Of a stretch of DNA of 64,000 nucleotides, positions 19,685-30,394 are shown piece after piece (position 1 is the first letter of the stretch; every line of letters begins with the position of its first letter). The notes under the pieces are model-generated. The model saw only the letters and a program-made list of their open reading frames with translations. It made no database searches and had not been told where the DNA came from. Made by a program: the position numbers and the translations under genes. The stretch is from Roseibacillus sp. Its GTDB lineage: Bacteria > Verrucomicrobiota > Verrucomicrobiia > Verrucomicrobiales > Akkermansiaceae. The stretch lies in the NCBI GenBank assembly GCA_965242925.1, contig CBDEUM010000037.1:32001-96000 (forward strand). The letters run 5' to 3'.

Positions 19685-22600
19685 ATGAGGCTTTCAACCA
19701 AGTTGCTTCTCACCACCTGCATTTCGCCGGCTCTGATCTGGCTGGTGGGTGTCTATGTGGTGAAGGCTTCGCAGGACCAGCTTCGCGCAGCCATCCAGAC
19801 CGCTGCCATGGCGGAGGTTCGCTCCATGCAGGAGGAGATCGACCGCCTGCTCAGGGCGCGCACCAACACCTGGGAGAAGTTCTCCAAGGACGAGGAGGTG
19901 ATTGCCACTCTGGTCAAGTCGAACGAGATGCTGCGCAAAAAGGAGGGCCTCGTGGAGGAGATTGCGCTGGTTTGGAGTGACGAGGAGAGGCGAAGGAACC
20001 TTCCGGACGGGGTCCTGGACCGCTCCCTCTCACGTGAGCTCGGCTCCACCGTCGACAAGATGACCGAGTTGAGCGGGGGCACGGAGATCTTCCATGGGGT
20101 GATGCTGACCAATGCCTTCGGCGGGATCGTGGCCCAGAGCAGTCCCACTGCCGGGTATCTGCACGATGGCAGCGTCTGGTGGCAGGAGGCAAAGGCCAGC
20201 AGTCCCTACATAGGAGATGTGACCGTAGGCCGGGATGGGAACCGCCAGGAGGAGGTTTCCATCTCCTTCTGCCTCAGGATCAATGACCAGGAGGGCGAGT
20301 TCGTGGGGATCATGCGCGTGGAGATCAACCTGCAGGAGGTGCTGGATGTAGTCGACTCTTACGCGCGACGGGGGGGACGGGATCAAGGCATGGTGCTTCT
20401 GAACAGTGAAGGTCAGTTGATCCGGATCGGTGGCAGGGGAAGAACCCGGACCCTGTCTGATGGGCGTCGATATCTTGTGCCCAACGAGAGCGGCAGACTG
20501 GAGGGGACACAGGTTCTCGAGAAGGATGCATCCGGTCGGGAACAGGTTTACACCTATGCGGTTCCCCCGGAAGAGGGGATAGTGAGCAGTCTTGGCTGGC
20601 TGGCGGTCCACACTGCGGAGGCGGACACCCTGCTCGCTCCGGTCCGACAGTTGCGGAACAATGTCATTCTGGCTGCCGCAATGGCAACCATTCTGGGAGT
20701 GGCGGTAATGCTCTGGGTTGTTTTTCCTGTCTCCCGGAGGATGAAGAGGTTGGTGGAAGCCACCAAGCAAATCGGGAAGGGAACGACCGAGGCGCCCATC
20801 TCGGTGGCCGGGCGCGATGAGCTATCCGAGCTCAGCCACGAGTTCAATCAGATGAGGGCTCGGCTGGGGGAGGCGCAGAAAAAACTGAGGGAGGCCATGG
20901 AGCGGGCCAAGGAGGCCAGCAAGGCGAAGGGTGATTTCCTTGCCAACATGAGCCATGAAATACGCACCCCCATGAACGCCATCATGGGGATCACGGAGCT
21001 GACTTTGGGAACGAATCTCACCGAGGAGCAACGCCATTACCAGATTCTTGTGGAGCAGTCGGCCCAGGCACTCCTCATGCTGCTGAACGACATTCTCGAT
21101 TACTCCAAGATCGAGGCGGGCAAACTGGAACTGGAGCGTCGGGAGTTTGATCTGCGTGGCTCAGTGGGCGACATGCTCCATACCCTTTTTCCCCGTGCGG
21201 CCGAGAAGGATCTGGAGTTGGCCTTCCGGGTGGATCCTGCGGTTCCCAGGATTCTGGCAGGCGATCTGACCCGGTTGCGTCAGGTGGTTGTCAACCTGGT
21301 GGGTAATGCTCTGAAGTTCACCGACCAGGGGGAGGTTCTGGTAAGTGTGGAGGCTGGGAAGAAACTGGATGGGCAGATCGAACTTCTGTTCAAGGTGAGG
21401 GATACGGGGGTCGGAGTGCGGGCTGACCGGACGGAAACGATCTTCGAGATGTTTGAACAGGCTGACAGTTCCACTACGAGGGAGTTTGGAGGTTCTGGAC
21501 TGGGATTGGCTATCTCGAGGCGCATCGTGAAGAAGATGGGAGGCGAGATCTGGGTGGAGAGCGTGGAGGGAGAGGGCAGCACCTTTTATTTCACGGGAAT
21601 CTTTGATGTGGGGGCGACGGAGAAGAGCAGCGAGGCCGACATCCTGCGGTCGCTGGATGGACTCCCCGTCCTGGTGGTCGAAGACAATACAACCCAACGG
21701 GAGATCGTGGGCGAAATGCTCAACAACTGGCGAATGACCGGCATCCTCTGTCCGGATGCGGAAAGCGCCCTGGCCAAGCTGGAGGAGCTGGAGAGGGAAG
21801 GACAGGAGGTGAAACTGGGGATCATCGATCGCGCCATGCCGGGTACGGATGGACTTCAGCTGGCGAGGCGCATCCGGGGACAGTCGCGTTGGTCTGACCT
21901 GCCAATGATCCTGCTCGGCTCAGTGAGCGAGGGCACCCCGGACCGGGAGATCGGTGAACTGGGAATTATGAAGGTCGTGAACAAGCCGATCAAGCACTCG
22001 ATGTTGCTCGATGCCATCATGCTCACCATGGGAATGGGGAACAGATTGCCGCGGCTGAGGGATGGCGAGGCCGGGGAGCATCAGAGCGGGGTGGCTCCGA
22101 TGGAAATTCTCCTGGCGGAGGACGGGAAGGTCAATCAACTGGTCGCGGTTCGCCTGCTTGAAAGGCGGGGACACCGGGTCACGGTGGTCGAGAACGGACT
22201 GGAAGCGGTGGACCGTGCAAGAAAGGAGGACTTCGACGTGATCCTGATGGACATACAGATGCCGCTGATGAGTGGATTCGAGGCCTCCCAGGAAATCCGG
22301 GCACGGGAACAGAAGACGGGTGGGCACGTTCCCATCATCGCCATGACTGCGTATGCCATGCCCGGGGACAGCGAGGAGTGCCTGAACGCCGGAATGGACG
22401 ATTACATCTCCAAACCTATCGAATCGGACGAATTCTACGGGGTGGTGGAGCGCTTTGGATCTGGAACCGCGGCCGTGGGCGAGCCCATCGGGGTGGAGGT
22501 GGTTTCCGAGTCCGAAACGGAAGAGATACAGTGCGACGGGAAGGAACCGGATGAGAAGGTCTTTGATCCGGACGGGTTTCGAAGTCGTATCGGGGATGAG

Positions 22601-22912
22601 TTGTTGATGTGTGAACTCATCCGCATTTTCGAGGAAGAATCGGGAGCAATGCGGGAGAGTCTCATGGAGGCCGAGCGGAAGGGTGATGCCGGGGCTCTGC
22701 ACGAAGCAGCCCACCGCCTGAAGGGCCTGGTGGGGAACTACTGCGCCAGTCGCACATGGGATTGCGTGACGGAACTGGATGAACGGGTTGCCGCGGGTGA
22801 CCTCGTGGCGGCGAGCGAACTGGTGTTCGCGTTCGAACGGGAGCTCAGATTCCTGGAAGATGCCCTGCGGGAGTTCCGTGAACTGCTGGAGACCAAGCTG
22901 CAGCCTTCCTGA
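19685..22912 (+). CDS. Hybrid sensor histidine kinase (periplasmic Cache-like, HAMP, HisKA, HATPase, two REC, Hpt)
   Basis: FLANMSHEIRTPMN, NLVGNALKFT, GGSGLGL, two receiver domains (DRAMP, DIQMP), AHRLKG. Confidence 0.95.
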   Translation: MRLSTKLLLTTCISPALIWLVGVYVVKASQDQLRAAIQTAAMAEVRSMQEEIDRLLRARTNTWEKFSKDEEVIATLVKSNEMLRKKEGLVEEIALVWSDEERRRNLPDGVLDRSLSRELGSTVDKMTELSGGTEIFHGVMLTNAFGGIVAQSSPTAGYLHDGSVWWQEAKASSPYIGDVTVGRDGNRQEEVSISFCLRINDQEGEFVGIMRVEINLQEVLDVVDSYARRGGRDQGMVLLNSEGQLIRIGGRGRTRTLSDGRRYLVPNESGRLEGTQVLEKDASGREQVYTYAVPPEEGIVSSLGWLAVHTAEADTLLAPVRQLRNNVILAAAMATILGVAVMLWVVFPVSRRMKRLVEATKQIGKGTTEAPISVAGRDELSELSHEFNQMRARLGEAQKKLREAMERAKEASKAKGDFLANMSHEIRTPMNAIMGITELTLGTNLTEEQRHYQILVEQSAQALLMLLNDILDYSKIEAGKLELERREFDLRGSVGDMLHTLFPRAAEKDLELAFRVDPAVPRILAGDLTRLRQVVVNLVGNALKFTDQGEVLVSVEAGKKLDGQIELLFKVRDTGVGVRADRTETIFEMFEQADSSTTREFGGSGLGLAISRRIVKKMGGEIWVESVEGEGSTFYFTGIFDVGATEKSSEADILRSLDGLPVLVVEDNTTQREIVGEMLNNWRMTGILCPDAESALAKLEELEREGQEVKLGIIDRAMPGTDGLQLARRIRGQSRWSDLPMILLGSVSEGTPDREIGELGIMKVVNKPIKHSMLLDAIMLTMGMGNRLPRLRDGEAGEHQSGVAPMEILLAEDGKVNQLVAVRLLERRGHRVTVVENGLEAVDRARKEDFDVILMDIQMPLMSGFEASQEIRAREQKTGGHVPIIAMTAYAMPGDSEECLNAGMDDYISKPIESDEFYGVVERFGSGTAAVGEPIGVEVVSESETEEIQCDGKEPDEKVFDPDGFRSRIGDELLMCELIRIFEEESGAMRESLMEAERKGDAGALHEAAHRLKGLVGNYCASRTWDCVTELDERVAAGDLVAASELVFAFERELRFLEDALREFRELLETKLQPS

Positions 22913-22936
22913 AGGGGATGCCCGTCTGGAGAACTG

Positions 22937-23521
22937 TCAGAGAAGAGTGGCCGCAAAGGCGCGGGCGTCCGGGAAAAAGCGGAGGAAGGTTTCTTCAAAG
23001 GTGTTGTATTTCCCCAAGAGGTCCTCGATCGAGTCCTTGATGGGCGCTATACGGGGAGAGCGCCGGGCGACCCGTTCCAGGGTAAGGGTAATGCCCTCCG
23101 GGGAGCCGTAACGATGAAGCCAGTTTTCCGAGCGCAGGCGAGGAGCCACGGCGGCTAGTTTCGGGCTGAGCCAGTCGGGATGGCGTTGCAGCGAGGCATG
23201 AACCGCCTCGATGAAGAGGGGAAGTGGTTGCACGGAATACTCGTGCCAGTGCCGGGACAGGAAGTGGTCGAAAAAGATATCGACCACGATTCCAGCAAAA
23301 CGCCTTCGTTCCGGGGCGAGCAGGCTGCGAGCTCGGAGGAACTGCTCGTGGCGGTCCGTGAAGCGGTCGAGTTTGCGGTGCATGACGATGCCTGCGATGA
23401 CTTCCACGGGATAGTCCCCCTCCAGGGAGGTGGGGGTGCCCTTCACAAAGTCGCCCAGGAGATTTCCGATGCGGGAGGCATCGGTGGGTCCGGCGAGGTA
23501 GAGATGGGCGAGGTAGTTCAA
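22937..23521 (-). CDS. acpH: Acyl carrier protein phosphodiesterase
   Basis: NYLAHLYLA, GNLLGDFVKG, HRKLDRFTDRH, DIFFDHFL; TTG start. Confidence 0.88.
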   Translation of the reverse strand: MNYLAHLYLAGPTDASRIGNLLGDFVKGTPTSLEGDYPVEVIAGIVMHRKLDRFTDRHEQFLRARSLLAPERRRFAGIVVDIFFDHFLSRHWHEYSVQPLPLFIEAVHASLQRHPDWLSPKLAAVAPRLRSENWLHRYGSPEGITLTLERVARRSPRIAPIKDSIEDLLGKYNTFEETFLRFFPDARAFAATLL

Positions 23522-23590
23522 GACTGAAAGCGATCATCGGTGTTTGGGTCGGGGTTGCAAACCTTCCCAGGATACGATGTGCTCCGGTTC

Positions 23591-24439
23591 ATGGAAGCGA
23601 CGGTCTGGATCAATGGCTCCCTGCGAGACGCGGCCGAGGGAGGGATTTCGCCTTTCGATCATGGAATTACGGTTGGCAACGGAGTGTTTGAAACGATGCT
23701 TTCCTGCGCGGGGACTCCCTTTGCCTTCACTCGTCATCACCAGCGGTTGCAACGATCGGCTGGAACGATGGGGCTTTCAGTGGGCTCACTGGAGGAGCTC
23801 CGGAGCGCCTGCCTCGAGGTCCTGCGGGCCAACGGATTGGTTGAGTGCCGGGCGCGCCTTCGCATCACGGTGACGGGAGGGCTGGCGCCCCTGGGCAGCG
23901 AGCGAGGCGAGGCGGGGGAGACCACTCTGGTGGCCGCTTCTCCCACGGTGGAGTGGGGCGAGACCGAGGATGTCTCCGTGGTTCCCTATTCCCGAAATGA
24001 AAACGGGGCTCTGGCGGGGGTGAAGACGACCTCCTATGGAGAAAACGTGGTGGCTCTGGCGGCGGCCAGGGCGAAGGGAGCAGGGGAGGCCATCTTTGCC
24101 AACACAAAGGGGGAACTGTGTGAAGGGACTGGTTCCAATGTGTTTCTCGTCAGCGAGGGTCTATTAGTAACGCCACCTCTGGAGAGCGGGTGCCTGGCTG
24201 GCGTAACGAGGGCCCTCGTCATCGAGTTGTGCGAAAAGGAAGGGCTTGAGGTCCGGGAGAAGGAGCTACCGGTGAGTGCCCTCGCCCGGGCGAGGGAGGC
24301 CTTTCTTACTTCAACAACGCGTGAGGTGCAGGCCATCAGGGCTGTGGATGGCGTAGTTCTGCCCGATGCTCCGGGTGAAGTGACGTTCCGGCTCCGGTCC
24401 GCCTTCCGTGCCTTGGCGGAGGGAGAAATCGATCCCTGA
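23591..24439 (+). CDS. Class IV PLP aminotransferase (IlvE/PabC-like)
   Basis: DHGITVGNGVFET, KTTSY, EGTGSNVF, LAGVTR, EAFLTSTTRE. Confidence 0.88.
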   Translation: MEATVWINGSLRDAAEGGISPFDHGITVGNGVFETMLSCAGTPFAFTRHHQRLQRSAGTMGLSVGSLEELRSACLEVLRANGLVECRARLRITVTGGLAPLGSERGEAGETTLVAASPTVEWGETEDVSVVPYSRNENGALAGVKTTSYGENVVALAAARAKGAGEAIFANTKGELCEGTGSNVFLVSEGLLVTPPLESGCLAGVTRALVIELCEKEGLEVREKELPVSALARAREAFLTSTTREVQAIRAVDGVVLPDAPGEVTFRLRSAFRALAEGEIDP

Positions 24440-24448
24440 TCGAGGGTG

Positions 24449-24835
24449 TCACCAGATGCGGTTGACGCCGTAATCGTCAAGGATCTCGTTGGGACTGACG
24501 AGGGCCGCGCTCTGTTCGAGGGCTTCGGCAACCAGAAGGCGGTCGAATGGATCACGGTGGTGACCGGGGAGGCGTGCGGTGCGCTCAAGGGCAGCCTGGC
24601 TCAGGGGGAGGAGTTCGAAACCCATTGATTGCAGGGTGGAATCGAACTCCTCGCCAAGACTGTAGGGAAGACGCAGCTTGCCCAGGCCGGTTTTTACCGC
24701 AAGCTCCCATGGAGTAACGGAACTAATGAGGGAGCGGGAGTCGAGGCTCTCAATGAGCCCGGCTGCAGTTTCGGAAAGTTCGGAGGCTCCTTCGAGAAAC
24801 CAGACCACCGTATTGGAGTCGAGCAGGAGGTTCAT
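24449..24835 (-). CDS. vapC: VapC-family PIN-domain toxin
   Basis: LLLDSN, SSVTPWE, HRDPFDRLLVAEA; the last conserved acidic position reads N (LVSPN). Confidence 0.85.
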   Translation of the reverse strand: MNLLLDSNTVVWFLEGASELSETAAGLIESLDSRSLISSVTPWELAVKTGLGKLRLPYSLGEEFDSTLQSMGFELLPLSQAALERTARLPGHHRDPFDRLLVAEALEQSAALVSPNEILDDYGVNRIW

Positions 24836-24883
24836 GGGGAGGGGGAACGGGTGGAGGGAGAGGACTCAGTACTCCTGAAGCAA

Positions 24884-25112
24884 CCAGACCCCGGGACGAG
24901 TCCCGGGGTCCGGCAGGGCAGGGGGTTTGCAGGGTAGCAGTAAAGGGAGGGGACAGTGTGAACTCTGGACGGGGGATTGCTCTAAGGGTGGGTCAGGTAG
25001 GGGCAGGGGTAATCTTGTGCCAAGGGTTGAACGGTTAAGGGGTGAACAGTCTTGTCCCGCGTCTGCTTTGGAAGGGGCGAGGCAGGAAAGGTGGGCAGTT
25101 AAAAGGTAGTTA
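24884..25112. other. 229-bp G-rich segment between antitoxin and toxin; possible non-autonomous insertion
   Basis: Flanked by CAA at 24881-24883 and 25113-25115; perfect 11-bp inverted repeat at 24887-24910; strong G skew. Confidence 0.45.
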
Positions 25113-25319
25113 CAAAGGTTCGTCGAAGTCGGCGGCCATCCAGAAACCGGGACCACTGGCGGTGCCCCGCTGAGGGGAGACTGGTTGCCCGGTGGGGGGA
25201 CGAAGTTCGGCTACTGTGCGGCCATGCTTGGTGATCTGGAACACCTCACCTTCGGACATGATCTGTGCCACGATGGCACTGAGCTTGGTCTTGGCCTCAA
25301 AGATTCCAATTCGTCTCAC
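25110..25319 (-). CDS. Phd/YefM-family antitoxin
   Basis: IGIFEAKTKLSAIV...ITKHGRTVAEL and C-terminal MAADFDEPL; GTG start; upstream of a PIN toxin. Confidence 0.85.
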   Translation of the reverse strand: MRRIGIFEAKTKLSAIVAQIMSEGEVFQITKHGRTVAELRPPTGQPVSPQRGTASGPGFWMAADFDEPL

Positions 25320-25325
25320 CAGATA

Positions 25326-25346
25326 TAAACTAGTCTAACTAGTTTA
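25326..25346. promoter_or_regulatory. Probable toxin-antitoxin autorepression operator
   Basis: Perfect inverted repeat TAAACTAGT-CTA-ACTAGTTTA 6 bp upstream of the antitoxin start, in AT-rich DNA. Confidence 0.7.
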
Positions 25347-25502
25347 AAATGGAAAGACCAAAATAGGCAGAGAGTTGATTTTTCTTAAACAACTTAATGT
25401 CAGCAGCTTGCTCCAAAAGAGGGCGATTTCGAAGAGACGGGGCATTGACCCGCCCTCCGGACGGCAGGTGGGGGTGCCTTGAAGCCAGGAGACCGGCTTG
25501 GC

Positions 25503-25649
25503 TCAGAACTTCAGGAACTTCCGCAGGCGTTCCAGCTGGTTCTGGCAGGGGGCCTTGACGAGGAAGGGCTCCTTGCAAAGCCAGCGCCGGGTGACCGGCC
25601 GCTGACAGGTAAAGCTCTCGAAGCCAAAACGACCGCGATAGCGGTCTTC
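25503..25649 (-). pseudogene. 3' remnant of an ALDH3-like aldehyde dehydrogenase gene
   Basis: Manual translation EDRYRGRFGFESFTCQRPVTRRWLCKEPFLVKAPCQNQLERLRKFLKF*; preceded by an in-frame TAG and no start codon. Confidence 0.55.
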
Positions 25650-25829
25650 CTACCATTTACGAGTCGGCTCGCATCAGTTCCAACCTGATCTGCGAGCAGG
25701 TTGGTTCCATTTATGAACCGGTGATCTTACTACGCCCCTCCTGGCGGAGAGGGAGTGAAGGGCCAGAAGGCAGGCAGGGGAGAGGGGGAGCCCCTTCTGG
25801 GGACAACCATGCCGGGGTGGAGGAGACCG

Positions 25830-26070
25830 GAACTGCTGGCGCCAGGGGTTCACCCTGTAGAACTTCCGGTAGGCCATGGGACTCATGTGCCTCACGCTGG
25901 TGAAGACGCGCGTGCAGGAAGACGAAGCGGCTTTGGCGGTTTTTGATCCAGAAGAGAACATCGGGCAGAGCCTCAAGGAGTCCCAGTGCGATTTGACCGG
26001 GGCGCAGTGTTCTCACAAAGTGCTCAAGTCCGGATACCGGTGGAATCGATGTAGATGCCGGGTTCGGCAC
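25830..26070 (-). pseudogene. Internally deleted PAS-AraC transcriptional regulator; 3' limit approximate
   Basis: PAS start LLEALPDVLFWIKNRQSRFVF joined out of frame near 25915 to the AraC tail TRVFTSVRHMSPMAYRK. Confidence 0.7.
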
Positions 26071-26275
26071 TTAGAATTCGCAGGTCCTGAGGAAATTCGT
26101 CCCTGCGGAGTTGAGTTAAATCAGATCCGGGAGGAGTTGGCTTCTTCCGACGATGGCGCAACGATTTTCAACAAGAAGATCCCGGATTTATTTCTGGTCG
26201 GAGAAGAGGCTGCTTTGTAGCGTCTCGTCGCCCTGAACTATCGTGGTTCAGGGCGCCAGACAGTCTTCGCACATC

Positions 26276-27595
26276 ATGTCAGACTACTTCCCCAACGTCT
26301 CCAGGATCGAGTTTGAAGGGCCGGATTCGGACAATCCGCTCTCGTTCCGCCACTACAATCCTGACGAACTGGTCGCCGGGAAAAGCATGAAGGATCACCT
26401 GCGCTTCGGTGCCGCCTATTGGCACTGCATGCGTAACCCCCTGGGGGATCCCTTCGGTGCGGGCACGGCCCTCATGCCATGGGACGACGGGAGCGAGTCG
26501 CTGGACAATGCGCTGGTGCGGGTGCCTGTCTTCTTCGAGTTTCTGGAGAAGTCCCAGATCGATTACTATTGCTTCCACGATCGCGATGTCTCCCCGGAGG
26601 GCGCGACCTGGGCTGAGACGCACGCAAATCTGGAGCGGGTGACGCAGGAATTGAAAGGGGCCCAGGAGCACAGTGGCAAGAAACTGCTCTGGGGGACGGC
26701 CTGCCTGTTTGCCCATCCGCGCTACGCGCAGGGGGCTGCAACCTCGCCGAGTGCTGATGTCTTTGCTTATGCCGCAAGCCAGGTAAAGCATGCTCTTGAG
26801 GCGACCCATGCCCTCGGAGGGGCCGGCTATGTGTTCTGGGGAGGGCGGGAAGGATACGCCTCGCTCATCAACACCGACATGAAGCGCGAACTGGATCACC
26901 TCGCCCAGCTCCTGCACATGGCCGTTGACCACGCCAGGAAGATCGGGTTTACAGGTCAATTTTACATTGAGCCCAAGCCCCGTGAACCCTCCACTCACCA
27001 ATACGATTCGGATGCCGCAGCCTGCCTCAATTTCCTGCGGGAGTATGACCTGCTGGACCACCTGAAGCTCAATATCGAGACTAATCATGCGGAGCTGGCG
27101 GGACACACGATGGAGCATGAGCTTGACGTGGCTTCCGCCGCCGGGGCGCTCGGATCGATCGATGCGAACCGCGGGGACCAGCTGATCGGGTGGGACACCG
27201 ACCAGTTTCCAACCAATATCTATCTCTGCGCCAACATCATGCTGCGGGTCCTCAAGTTGAATGGGGGGCAGGGCTTTACCACGGGGGGCCTGAACTTTGA
27301 TGCCAAGCGGCGCCGCGAATCGCACCTTCCGGAGGATCTCTTCCACGCCCACGTGGGGGGCATGGATGCCTTTGCCCGCGGGCTCAAGATAGCGGCCAGG
27401 ATTATCGAGGACGGACGCTTCGAAGAGTTCGTGAGATCTCGTTATGCGTCCTTCGACAGTGGAGTCGGAGCGGAAATCGAGGCGGGAGCCACTGATCTCG
27501 ATGCGCTGGATTCCCATGCTCTGGGCATTGAGCCCCCACTACTGGCCAGTGGTCGCCAGGAAATGCTTGAAAATCTTCTCAACGATTACCTCTAG
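26276..27595 (+). CDS. xylA: Xylose isomerase (class II)
   Basis: [48 protein letters not shown]. Confidence 0.97.
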   Translation: MSDYFPNVSRIEFEGPDSDNPLSFRHYNPDELVAGKSMKDHLRFGAAYWHCMRNPLGDPFGAGTALMPWDDGSESLDNALVRVPVFFEFLEKSQIDYYCFHDRDVSPEGATWAETHANLERVTQELKGAQEHSGKKLLWGTACLFAHPRYAQGAATSPSADVFAYAASQVKHALEATHALGGAGYVFWGGREGYASLINTDMKRELDHLAQLLHMAVDHARKIGFTGQFYIEPKPREPSTHQYDSDAAACLNFLREYDLLDHLKLNIETNHAELAGHTMEHELDVASAAGALGSIDANRGDQLIGWDTDQFPTNIYLCANIMLRVLKLNGGQGFTTGGLNFDAKRRRESHLPEDLFHAHVGGMDAFARGLKIAARIIEDGRFEEFVRSRYASFDSGVGAEIEAGATDLDALDSHALGIEPPLLASGRQEMLENLLNDYL

Positions 27596-27721
27596 GAATC
27601 AGACGGGGAGGAAAATGTTCTCCGCATTGAGTGGGGCGGATGGCCCACACGGGAAAAACCAGAAATCACCGGGAAATCTTCTGCGCCACTACGAGCGACG
27701 CGGCGCCCTACTATCAGCACG

Positions 27722-29296
27722 ATGCCAACGGTCCTCGGTATAGATTCTTCGACACAGAGCGTGTCGGCGGTGATCCTGGATACCGTCGCGGGAACGATCC
27801 TCCATGAGGAATCAATCAGTTTCGGGGATGATTTGCCTGACTATGGCCAGCCCTCGGGATTTATCCCGGGGGGAGAGAATGGCGAGGTGCACAGTGATCC
27901 GCTCATGTGGCTGGATGCCCTTGAGCTTGTATTTGAGCGTCTGGCTGGGAGCGGAGTTGATCTGTCGCAGATCGAGGCCATTGCGGGGTCCGGTCAACAG
28001 CACGGGAGTGTCTATCTCGATGAGGGCTTTGCGGACACCGTGCAGGCCCTTGACCCGGGAAAACCCCTCAAGTCGCAGATCCTTTCGCATCTCACCCGGC
28101 AGACCGCGCCGATCTGGATGGACACCTCCACCAGTCCGGAGTGTGGCGAAATAGCGAAGGCGGTGGGCGGTGATGCCGAGGTTTGCAGCCGGAGCGGCTC
28201 CATTACGATCGAGCGTTTCACCGGACCTCAGATCCGTCGTTTCGCGAAGATGAGTTACGACAGCTGGGAACTCACCGGGGTGATCCACCTCGTCAGTTCC
28301 TTCATGGCCTCAATCCTGGCGGGGCAGAGCGTGGCGATTGATCACGGCGATGGGGCGGGCATGAACCTGTTGAATCTCGTGTCGGGTGACTGGGATCAAG
28401 ACCTGTTGGAAGCCACCGCTCCGGACCTGCGCGGGAAGCTTCCCCCCGCCCAACCGTCTGCGACGGTGGCAGGGAAGGTGAGCGCGTTCTTTGTTGAAAA
28501 ATACGGGCTTAACCCGGCGTGCGAGGTGGTCCTTTTTTCCGGGGACAATCCCTGCAGTCTGGTGGGAATGGGGGCCTCCAGGCCGGGGAAGGTGGTCATC
28601 AGCCTGGGAACGAGCGACACCCTCTTTGCCGCCATGCCCGAACCGCGGACCGACCCGAACGGATTTGGGCATGTCTTCGGGAATCCCATGGGCGGATTCA
28701 TGAGTCTGATCTGTTTTCTGAATGGCTCGCTCGCGCGTGAGCGGGTGAAGGAGGATCTCGGGCTGGGCTGGTCGGACTTCGATCGGGAAGGCCTGGCCCG
28801 GACACCGGCGGGGAACGAGGGCCGCCTGATGCTTCCGTTCTTTGGTCCGGAAATCACCCCACGGGTGGAGTCCGGTGATGCGGTGTACCGGGGATGGGCG
28901 GACGGGCAGCGCGACCCAGCGTCGGTGGTCCGCGCCCTGCTGGAGGGGCAGTTCCTCAATATGAAGGTCCACTCCCGCTGGCTGGGAGTGGCCCCGGAGA
29001 CGATTTACCTCACCGGTGGCGCCTCGCAGAACGACGGCATCGCCCAGACTGTGGCCAATGTCTTCGGCGTTCCGGTCTCTCGATTGAGCGTGGCGGGGTC
29101 GGCGGCCCTGGGGGCGGGCATGCGGGCAGCCCAGGCGGCCTGCGGCGTCTCGTTGGAATCCCTGGAGGAAGCCTTCTGTCAGCCCGAGGAGGGCTCGACC
29201 GTGGTTCCCGAGGAGGGGACAGGAGAAATCTATGAGGAATTGGAGCAAAAGTGGGTCGCAGCCTTGCACGAGGCCTTTTCGCTCCCTAATGACTGA
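27722..29296 (+). CDS. xylB: Xylulokinase (FGGY family)
   Basis: [46 protein letters not shown]; follows xylA. Confidence 0.9.
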   Translation: MPTVLGIDSSTQSVSAVILDTVAGTILHEESISFGDDLPDYGQPSGFIPGGENGEVHSDPLMWLDALELVFERLAGSGVDLSQIEAIAGSGQQHGSVYLDEGFADTVQALDPGKPLKSQILSHLTRQTAPIWMDTSTSPECGEIAKAVGGDAEVCSRSGSITIERFTGPQIRRFAKMSYDSWELTGVIHLVSSFMASILAGQSVAIDHGDGAGMNLLNLVSGDWDQDLLEATAPDLRGKLPPAQPSATVAGKVSAFFVEKYGLNPACEVVLFSGDNPCSLVGMGASRPGKVVISLGTSDTLFAAMPEPRTDPNGFGHVFGNPMGGFMSLICFLNGSLARERVKEDLGLGWSDFDREGLARTPAGNEGRLMLPFFGPEITPRVESGDAVYRGWADGQRDPASVVRALLEGQFLNMKVHSRWLGVAPETIYLTGGASQNDGIAQTVANVFGVPVSRLSVAGSAALGAGMRAAQAACGVSLESLEEAFCQPEEGSTVVPEEGTGEIYEELEQKWVAALHEAFSLPND

Positions 29297-29321
29297 ACGC
29301 AATACGCAACCAGACACTCAG

Positions 29322-30374
29322 ATGGCACGACCAGTAACACTCTTCACCGGCCAGTGGGCCGATCTTTCTCTCGCTGACCTTCTACCGAAGGTCAAGGACA
29401 TGGGCTACGATGGAGTTGAACTCGCCTGCTGGGGTGATCATTTCGACGTCCAGCAAGCGCTCAATGAGGACGGCTACGTGGAAGGGCGCTGGGAGCTTCT
29501 CCAGCAGAACGACATGGTCTGTTACGCCATCTCAAACCATCTGGTGGGTCAGGCGGTGTGCGACAATATCGATGAGCGCCACCAGTCCATCCTTTCGCCC
29601 GTGGTCTGGGGTGATGGTGACCCGGAAGGGGTGCGCCAGCGCGCGGCTCAGGAGATGATCGATACCGCCAAGGCCTGCCGGAAGTTCGTCGATGCCGGGG
29701 CCTCCTACATGGCGGACAAGCCTGCCGGTTCGGGGCGGGCGGTGGTCAACGGATTCACCGGTTCCAGTATCTGGCATTCCATCTACGCGTTCCCGCCGAC
29801 CAGCCAGGAGTACTACCAGAAGGGATTTGATGATTTCGCGGCGCGCTGGAAGCCGATCCTCGATGAGTTCGATGCGGTCAATGTCGACTTCGGACTGGAG
29901 GTGCATCCGACCGAAATCGCCTTTGACATCGCTTCCGCCGCACGGGCCATCGAGGCCGTGGGTGGCCACAGCCGCTTCGGGTTCAACTACGATCCGAGCC
30001 ACCTTGGCTATCAGGGTGTCGACTACGTGAAGTTCATTCGTGATTTCCCGGAGCGCATCTTCCACGTGCATATGAAGGATGCGTGGTGGGGCCATGGCGA
30101 CGGCACGGTGGGCGTCTTTGGCGGACACACCGACTTCACCGACCCCCGCCGCTTCTGGGATTTCCGCTCGGTGGGACGGGGTGACACGGATTTCGAGGAA
30201 ATCATCGTGGCGCTGAACGACATCGCCTATGCCGGGCCACTCTCAGTGGAGTGGGAGGACGGTCGCATGGACCGCATCCACGGGGCGGCTGAGAGCTGTG
30301 CCTTCACGAGGGATCTCGATTTCGCACCCAGCGACGTGATCTTTGACTCGGCCTTCGACAAGGAGAACCAGTAA
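29322..30374 (+). CDS. IolE/MocC-like TIM-barrel sugar isomerase/dehydratase
   Basis: [41 protein letters not shown]. Confidence 0.88.
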   Translation: MARPVTLFTGQWADLSLADLLPKVKDMGYDGVELACWGDHFDVQQALNEDGYVEGRWELLQQNDMVCYAISNHLVGQAVCDNIDERHQSILSPVVWGDGDPEGVRQRAAQEMIDTAKACRKFVDAGASYMADKPAGSGRAVVNGFTGSSIWHSIYAFPPTSQEYYQKGFDDFAARWKPILDEFDAVNVDFGLEVHPTEIAFDIASAARAIEAVGGHSRFGFNYDPSHLGYQGVDYVKFIRDFPERIFHVHMKDAWWGHGDGTVGVFGGHTDFTDPRRFWDFRSVGRGDTDFEEIIVALNDIAYAGPLSVEWEDGRMDRIHGAAESCAFTRDLDFAPSDVIFDSAFDKENQ

Positions 30375-30394
30375 TCCGTAATCCGGAGCGAATC

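Noticed and set aside
24866..25156. 96-aa Pro-rich ORF across the toxin-antitoxin spacer, or a transposase fragment
   Set aside because: Explained by the C-rich strand composition; no HUH or DDE motif recognised in the frames I translated
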